From the IMG/VR virus record IMGVR_UViG_3300045988_164395: DNA of 63,557 nt; one strand, given 5' to 3'. The DNA is from a virus. A program made the position numbers and the translations under genes. Of the stretch, positions 63,122 through 63,557 are shown in pieces; position 1 is the first letter of the stretch; every line of letters begins with the position of its first letter. Below the pieces are notes generated by a model. The model was not told where the DNA came from and searched no databases. It saw only the letters and a list, made by a program, of their open reading frames with translations.

Positions 63122-63328
63122 TTCAAGCAAGGATATAGCCTGTGTAAGCTTTGAGGCAACAAGCAGTTCATATGCTCTGGTATCATGAAATGCTTCAACT
63201 CCGGGAACATTGTCAAAATGAACACGACCTTTTATAATATCCATAGCAACCAGTTCCAACTGGCCTATTAAAGATTCTATAGTACTGTCAAATCCACGGC
63301 GCACTATCTCCTGAACTTTCTTTTCCAT
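63083..63328 (-). CDS. Hypothetical small protein
   Basis: 81-aa ORF, convergent with 62654..63121. Confidence 0.4.
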   Translation of the reverse strand: MEKKVQEIVRRGFDSTIESLIGQLELVAMDIIKGRVHFDNVPGVEAFHDTRAYELLVASKLTQAISLLELVSNEDCRGLFE

Positions 63329-63417
63329 AATTAATTATGATTGATTTTTACAAACATAGTAAATTTAAAATTACCATAAAAGGAAATGAAAAATACTGAT
63401 ACTTCATAATATAATGT

Positions 63418-63474
63418 CATTCCAGTTTTATTCCAGTCTGGGTAAAACATACAATCACAACATACTAATTATCA
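63418..63474 (+). promoter_or_regulatory. attP-region repeats: CATTCCAGTTTTATTCCAGT and ACTAATTATCAG
   Basis: Each has a near-identical direct partner on the other side of the circular junction (163-182 and 67-78). Confidence 0.4.
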
Positions 63475-63502
63475 GCGAGTATGACAACATTTAAAACAAT
63501 AT

Positions 63503-63557
63503 GTCTAGTTTAGTTTTTGTGTTGTGATACTCCTGCTGAAAGTGTTCATCAGGAGTG
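63503..63557. repeat. Terminal 55-bp exact repeat (same as 1..55)
   Basis: Identical to bases 1-55. Confidence 0.95.

Noticed and set aside
1-63557. A search by eye for CRISPR arrays, a diversity-generating retroelement (reverse transcriptase plus TR/VR), rRNA genes, or IS/transposase genes.
   Set aside because: I found no regularly spaced short repeats, no RT-like ORF (no YxDD motif protein), no rRNA-like sequence and no transposase-like ORF. Host-range variation appears to rest on the shufflon instead.

Overview
The window is a complete, circularly closed phage genome. Bases 1-55 are identical to 63503-63557, so the unique length is 63,502 bp. It looks like a temperate, siphovirus-like tailed phage of a Bacteroidales host. 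The evidence for that host is TTTG-N20-TAnnTTTG promoters, no Shine-Dalgarno sites, Bacteroidetes-type integrases and DUF4373/PcfJ/PcfK-like genes. Nearly all genes lie on the minus strand in tightly packed operons.

Gene order by coordinate:
- attP-like region and integrase (1-1.4 kb)
- lysis cassette: holin-like proteins, amidase, spanin-like protein (2.1-3.9 kb)
- a tyrosine recombinase next to a multi-cassette invertible tail-fibre-tip locus, a shufflon (4.1-7.6 kb)
- tail fibre and baseplate genes (7.7-16.9 kb)
- a stand-alone sigma-70/ECF-like sigma factor unit (17.5-18.2 kb)
- tape measure, tail, head-tail, capsid, protease and portal genes (18.3-30 kb)
- hicAB toxin-antitoxin pair, then large and small terminase subunits (30.2-33.7 kb)
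- phosphoribosyltransferase and SDR epimerase genes (33.7-35 kb)
- many small early genes, including a serine recombinase / MutS-domain-I-like / N6-adenine methyltransferase / third tyrosine recombinase island (38-41 kb)
- DUF3560, PcfJ and PcfK, two ParB-like proteins, a MazG-like protein and a GT-like protein
- replication and recombination module: DUF4373 initiator, RusA, SF2 helicase, HNH, a split NinB, SSB, exonuclease, Rad52-like annealase (50-56.6 kb)
- a structured-RNA array with three tRNA-like genes (57.3-59 kb)
- plus-strand lysogeny module: CI-like repressor with operators and accessory genes (59.8-63.1 kb)

The observations most worth follow-up:
1. The six-site tail-tip shufflon.
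2. Three tRNA-like genes that all have non-canonical anticodon arms, flanked by covarying hairpins.
3. A NinB/Orf gene split by a roughly 0.7-kb inversion.
4. Repeated promoter cassettes, and a distinct late-promoter motif that may be linked to the phage sigma factor.
5. Twin 115-bp elements in front of plus-strand morons.
6. An uncharacterised two-gene operon downstream of the repressor.

All functional calls rest on reading motifs in the translations and on gene order. No database search was possible.
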